Part shown: one piece after another, positions 57,951-64,000 of the stretch
Layout of the letters: every line of letters starts with the position of its first letter
Numbering within the stretch: the stretch's first letter is position 1
Source of the DNA: the human T2T-CHM13v2.0 reference genome, Homo sapiens
Reading direction: 5' to 3' (one strand)
NCBI RefSeq assembly: GCF_009914755.1
Contig: NC_060930.1
DNA: 64,000 nt
The notes under the pieces: model-generated
Told to the model about the DNA's origin: nothing
Database searches by the model: none
Seen by the model: the letters and a program-made list of their open reading frames with translations, nothing else
Translations under genes and position numbers: made by a program

Positions 57951-58290
57951 GGCCGGGTGCGGTGGCTCATGCCTGTAATGCCAGCACTTTGGGAGGCCAA
58001 GGCAGGTGAATCACGAGGTCAGGAGTTCGATACCAGCCTGGCCAACATAGTGAAACCCCATCGCTACTAAAAATACAAAAATTAGCTGGGCATGGTGGGG
58101 CGCACCTGTAGTCCCAGCTACTCAGGAGGCTGAGGCAGGAGAATCGCTTGAACCTGGAGGTGGAGGTTGTGGTGAGCCGAGATCATGCCAGTGCACTCCA
58201 GCCTGGGCAACAGAGTGAGATACTGTCTCAAAAAACAAAACAACAACAACAACAACAATAACAACAACAACAAAAAAACAAAACCAAAAA
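57951..58290 (+). mobile_element. AluS (AluSg-like)
   Basis: Full dimer, ATCACGAGGTCAGGAGTTCG...CCAGCCTGGCCAAC, (CAA)n tail and TSD ACTATGTGTTTA/ACTATGTATTTA. Confidence 0.92.
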
Positions 58291-58589
58291 CTACTATGTA
58301 TTTAGAAGTGTGTTAGATTTGTTTTGTTTAGAAGTAAATAGTAAAATTATTTTAAAGTTTAAAATATCTGTGAATCTTCAACTGGCTCACTATCTTCTTT
58401 CAATCCCAGTTTCTGCCATTTTTCTAGATAATTTTACTATTTATATGGACAACCACCCATACATATCTATCTTCAATTTTTTTGACTTTTCTATCTTCAT
58501 TAAAATTCATTTCCTTTAATAACCCTAATCTCACATGAAATCAAGATGTGTATTAATAATTGAAATACAAGATAGGCCTATTAAAATGG

Positions 58590-58904
58590 TCACATTTTGG
58601 GGATACTTTCTCAACTCAGCTTCTGTCTTGTGAGAATCCCAAGCAACATGAAGAGTCTATGTTTAGATGCTTCAAGTGACAATTAGCATTACTTCTCAGT
58701 TATCAGAGTTGGCCATCTTGTATGTCCAGCCCAGTCAATTCTTCAGATGATTGCAGATCTGGTTGACATCTGCCTGCAACCTCATGAGACTTTAAGAAAG
58801 AACCACCCATCTCAGCCCAGGCAACCCACGTAAGCATGAGAGAAATTAGTTGTTATTTTAATATATTACATTTTATGGTGGTTCATTATGCAGCCACTGG
58901 AACA
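58590..58904 (+). mobile_element. MLT1G/H-like MaLR LTR fragment
   Basis: GCCATCTTG...TCCAGCCCAGTC...CTTCAGATGA...CTGCAACCTCATGAGAC...TTATGCAGC...GGAACA. Confidence 0.6.
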
Positions 58905-61214
58905 ATCTATGTCATGTTCAATTTCTGCTTTTACTGAATAAATTTTTAGTAATTAATGTCAAGATTCTACTATAGTGAATGGTTTCTACTATAATAAATG
59001 GTCTTCTGTATAATTCTTTATAGAAAGATTTAAACTTCAAGCAGTATTTCTCTAAACACCATAATTCTTAATTCCTAAAATGAATATAAAATTAGCCAGG
59101 AGAAAAATGTGAAGAAAACTGCTGGTTATTTAGAATCAATGCTTTAAAAAATCTTTAAAATTATTCATATCATTAGGTTATAATAAATTGGGAAGGGTCT
59201 TTTAGTATTTGCCTAGCATAACATATTGTTCCTTTGGAAATGGAATATTTAATTAGTGTGAATCTCACTGTATTATTGCCCCAGACATAGGAGGTAACCA
59301 TGCTAACATGAAATATTCATATTTAAATTCACTTGTCAGCACTACAATTATTAGTTTCAAAGAAGTTAGATTTATATGACAATACTTAAGTCTCCTTTCA
59401 ACTCTAATTTTTTCTAATTCAAATGAAATCTTAAATCCTCAACAACAAAAATGATGACAATGACTATGTTTTCATTATTAGAAAACAACTATTCATAAAA
59501 GTACATTTTTCATTTAAAGGAAAGATAAACTAGCACTTGATGTATGAATGTTAAGTTGGTCTGTAACAGATTTTCTACAAAAATTAAGAATAATATTTGG
59601 GTTAATTAATATTAATGTTGAAATCATTGGTACCCGTGAGAAAAATGACACTTGAAACTCATTGCTGGAATGTGTTGATAGCTCACTAATGACTAGAGAT
59701 TTGCTAGAAAGCCCAAAATTCACAAGAACAAGATCAAACATCTCAGGTTCTTACTTCAAAAAATAGTTCTGAGAAATTGCATCCACAGGCCTGTTAGCTG
59801 TGCTACATCAAATGTGTCCTCACATTAGTACCATAATCTGTTAACATTATGAAAGTGATAGAGAATTAGATTAATTAAAAGTTCCCATTTTCTCAATAAA
59901 AAATAGATTTTATCTTTTTTTCTTTAAATATCAATGGACTGAGTACCTAAGAGAACTTTTATTTGATTTTAGTGGCAGGTTTCTTTTTTTTATAAATATT
60001 TCACATAACGGCTATTTCACATTTGTGAAGAAATAGCTGAAGTGTAGGTACACAAAATTACTCACAAAATGTGAATTCCAGAACTGTAATTATTATTATC
60101 CTAAACGATGTGCATTCAAAGTAAAATTTCAACAGCACACAAATAAATTACTGAAAACCATTATATGGTAGATTGATTTCATTGAAATTTTTATGATGTT
60201 GACTTTTCGTTTCTTTCTCATTTTTTTTACCCCGCCGTGCTTATTAATTCCTCTTGTATAAAAAGGGACATCATTTTGACTTAACCCAAAATTATATGAC
60301 AACATCAGGACATTATTATTCAATATGTGTGTGATAAGTTGATCAACACCTTATGCTTACCACAAAAAAAAGCACTGAAGGTTGGATTTAACTATCTTTC
60401 AAAGTTGCTTTTTTTCATACCAAAAGATACTGAGCAATTTTTCTGGTGATTTCTTAAAGAAGGTATTGGTTTAATATATTTTCCTGCTGGACTTTTACGC
60501 AAATACTATACAATATTTGGCATATAGTTCAAACAAACCATTCATATTTCTCCAGTTATGCTATATTTTGGAACTAGGACATAATTGCCTATATGCTTTC
60601 TCTAATAGCAGGTCATTGTAGCTATGCCACTTCTGCATGCAGTTCGGATAAAACTCTTATATATTTGAAGACTTCACAGTACTGACTAAGCTGGAAAACT
60701 TTGCCATAAATCTAGGAAAGCTCTACAGGCACATATTACCCCTCACGCAAAAAAAAACTCTTCCTAAAAGTACAAAATAAAAAACCCACATATAAGCAAC
60801 TGGAAAGTATAAACTATATGCATATGTATTGCAGAGAAAAAATATTTAAATATATGAAGTAATACACAACACACAAGGAAGACACTAGGTAAATATGTCC
60901 ACAGCCAGATTAAAAATACAACTTCAGAGTACAGAACAAGTAAAAAATAAAAAAGTAGAAACTCACAAGTAAAAACATAAATCAGAACGGCCAAAAATAG
61001 CATGACTAGAATAAGGATTTTATGAGAAAACTGAAAATCGAAAGAAAATTAATCATTTCAGAAATAAAGACACACCTAGGAAGAACACACAAGTTACTAG
61101 AAAAGTAAAGGAAAGAAAAATAAGACAGTAGAGACTAAGATACTAAAAAACACATACACTTTAAAAACTCAAAAAATGATAAATATAGAGGCCATGCAAA
61201 ACAATAGCCAATAT

Positions 61215-63271
61215 AGTTCTTCTTATAGAGATCATTCACCTCTTTGGTTAGATGTATTCCTAGATATTTCATTTTTTTATGGCTAGTTTAAAGAATTGTG
61301 TTCTTAATTTGGCTCAATTATATTGGTATATAGAAATGCTATTGATTTTCATACATTTTTTTTATCCTGAAACTTTATTGAAGTCATTTAACAGTTATAG
61401 GAGAATTCTATTGTAGACTTTATGGTATAGAATCATATAATCAGTAAAGAGAGATATTTTGCCAACTTCTTTTCCAATTTGGATGATTTTTATTTCTTTG
61501 TTTTGCCTAATTGCTCTAGCTAGGAATTCTAGTACTATGTTGAAAAAGAGTGGTGAGAGTGGACATTCTTATCTTGTTTGAGTTATCAAGGAGAATAGTT
61601 CCAGCTTTTGTCTGTTCAGTATGATGTTGGCTGTTGGTTTAATATACATGCCTTTTATTATGTTGAGATATGTTTCTTCAATTCCTAGTCTGGTGAGGGT
61701 TTTTAATCATGAAATGGTGTCGAATTTTATCAAAAGCTTTTTCTGTGTTTATTTGGAGATGATCTTTTTTTGTTTTTAATTCTGTTTATATGGCAAATAA
61801 CATTTATTGATTTGTGTATGTTGAACCATCCTTGCACTGTATGATCAACGCACCATTGGTCATGGTGAATTAACTTTTTGATGTGCTGCTGGACTTGGTT
61901 TTCTAGTATTTCCTTGAGGATTTTTGTGCCTATATTCATCAAGGATATTGGCCTGAAATTTTCTTTTTTCATTGTTTCTCTGCTATATTTTGATATCAGA
62001 ATAATGCTGGCTTTGTAGAATGAGTTAGAGAGATGTCCCTCCTCCTCAATTTTTTGGAATAGTTTCAGCAGAATTGGTACCAGTTCTTCCTTGTACATCT
62101 GGTATAATTCAGCTGTGAATCCAGGTGGTCCAGGATATATTTTGGTTGGTAGTTTTTTCCTTGTTTTTTGGTTTTTGTTTTGAGACAGAATCTTGTTATG
62201 TTGCTGAGGCTGGTCTCAAACTGCTGGGCTTAAGTGATCCCCCTGCCTCTGCCTCTCAAACTGCTAGGATTACAGGCGTGAGCCACGACACACAGCCTGG
62301 TGGGTAGGATTTTTATTACTGATTCCATTTCAGAACTCGTTATTGGTCTATTCAGGGTTTTACTTCCTTCCTGATTCAATCTTGGGAAGTTCTGTGTTTC
62401 TAGGAATTTATCCATTTCCTCTAGATTTTCTAATTTGTGTGCCTGAAAGTGTTCATAATAGTCTCTGAGGATCTTTTATATTTCTGTAAGATTCGTTGTA
62501 ATATCATCTTTGTCTTTTCTGATTGTGCTCATTTGGTTCTTGTTTTTATCTTTGTTAACCTAACTGGTGGTCTATCAATTTTGCTTATTCTTTTGAAGAA
62601 CAAACTTTTTGTTTAATTGATCTTTTGCATGAATTTTTGCACTCAGTTATGTTCAATTCTTCTCTAATTTTAGATATTACTTTTCTTTTGCTAGCTTTGG
62701 AGTTGGTTGGTTCTTTTTATTCTAGTTCCTCTAGGTGCAGTGTGAGACTGTTAATTTGAGATCTTCTTAACTTTTTGATACTGCTGAAAGAAATCAAAGA
62801 TGACATAAGTAAATGGAAAAATAATCTATATTCATAGATTGGAAGAATCAATATCCTTAAAATGGCCATACTGCCCAAAGTAATTTACAAATTCAATGCC
62901 ATTCTTATCAAGCTAGAAATGTCATTTTTTACAGAAGTCAGAAAAACTATTCTAAAATTCACTGGGAACCAAAACAGAGCCAAAAAGCCAAAGCAATCTT
63001 AAGAAAAAGAACAAAGCTTGAATTATCACATTACCTGACTTTTAAATATAGTACAGATCTATTGTAAGCAAAACAGCATGGTATTGGTACAAAAACAGAC
63101 ACATAGACTAATAGAACAGAATAGAGAACCCAGAAATAAAACCATACACCTACAACCATCAGATCTTCAACAAACTTGACAAACACACTATGGAGAAAGG
63201 AATCCCTATTCAATAAATGGTGCTGGGATAACTGGCTATCCATATACAGAAGAATGAAACTGGACCTCTCT
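61215..63271 (+). mobile_element. Old L1P/L1PB-like LINE-1 with twin-priming inversion, interrupted by THE1
   Basis: ORF2 middle on minus (61215-62777; 61730..62098 [12 protein letters not shown]), then the ORF2 continuation on plus (62778-63271). Confidence 0.88.
62161..62297 (-). mobile_element. FLAM-like Alu monomer inside the L1
   Basis: Single left-arm monomer with a T-rich tail and TSD TGGTTGGTAG/TGGTGGGTAG. Confidence 0.82.
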
Positions 63272-64000
63272 TGATATGGTTTGGCTGTGTCCCCACCCAA
63301 ATCTCATTTTGAATTGTAGTTCCAATAATCCTCAAATGTCATGGGAGGGACCAGGTGGAGATAATTGAATCATGGGGGCAGTTTCCCCTATCCTGTTCTT
63401 GTGTTCATAAGTTCTCACGAAATCTGATGGTTTTATGAGGGGCTTCCCCCTTCGCTCAGCTCTCATTCTTCTTCTTCCTGCTGCCATGTGAAGAACATGT
63501 TGGCTTCCCCTTCCACCATAATTGTAAGCTCATCCATGCTGAACTGTGAGTCAATTAAACCACTTTCCTTTATAAATTACCCAGTCTCAGGTACGGCTTC
63601 ATTAGCAGCATGGGAACAGACTAATACAGTATATTGGTACCAGTAGAGTGGGGAATTGCTGTAAGAATACCTGAAAATGTGGAAGCAACTTTGGAACTGG
63701 GTAACAGGCAGACGTTGGAACAGTTTGGAGGGCTCAGAAGAAGACAAGAAGATATGGGAAAGTTTGGAACCTCCTAGAGACTGTTGAATGGCTTTGACCA
63801 AAATGCTAATAGTGATATGGACCATGAAGTCCAGGCTGAGGTGGTCTCAGACAGAGATGGGCAACTTTTTGGGAAATGGAGTAAAGGTCTCTCTTGCTAT
63901 GCAAAGAGACTGGTGGCATTTTGCCCCTACCCTAGAGATCTGTGGAACGTTGAACTTGAAAGAGATGATTTAGGGTATGTGGTGGAAAAAATTTCTACAT
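63272..64000 (+). mobile_element. THE1 element: 5' LTR (63272-63628) plus internal region running off the window
   Basis: TGATATGGTTTGGCTGTGTCCCCACCCAAATCTC...CAGACTAATACA followed by the THE1-int start GTATATTGGTACCAGTAGAGTGGG. Confidence 0.92.

Overview
Primate (very likely human) AT-rich, CpG-poor intergenic or deep-intronic DNA. I can support no host protein-coding exon, RNA gene, CpG island or CRISPR array, and I could not place the locus. Roughly half the window is recognisable transposable-element sequence. It holds an old internally deleted L1 (1-5.9 kb, minus strand) carrying two solo LTRs with intact target-site duplications (TSDs), and two old L1s with twin-priming inversions (23.2-26.3 kb and 61.2-63.3 kb). 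It also holds a 5'-truncated, ORF-disrupted L1PA3/4 (31.4-36.7 kb), a decayed LTR16/ERVL provirus with recognisable RT motifs (37.7-43.1 kb), three Alus, a FLAM, THE1/MST/MLT LTRs, MER30, MER5, MER53, Tigger3a, MADE1, MIR/L2 relics and microsatellites. All ORFs in the supplied track are TE-derived or random. I found no new biological system. The most unusual signals are mutational and structural: two independent L1s inverted at almost the same internal coordinates, template-switch hairpins, a triplicated TSD and a hairpin-unit AT-rich minisatellite. TE subfamily names come from my memory of consensus sequences and need RepeatMasker/Dfam confirmation.
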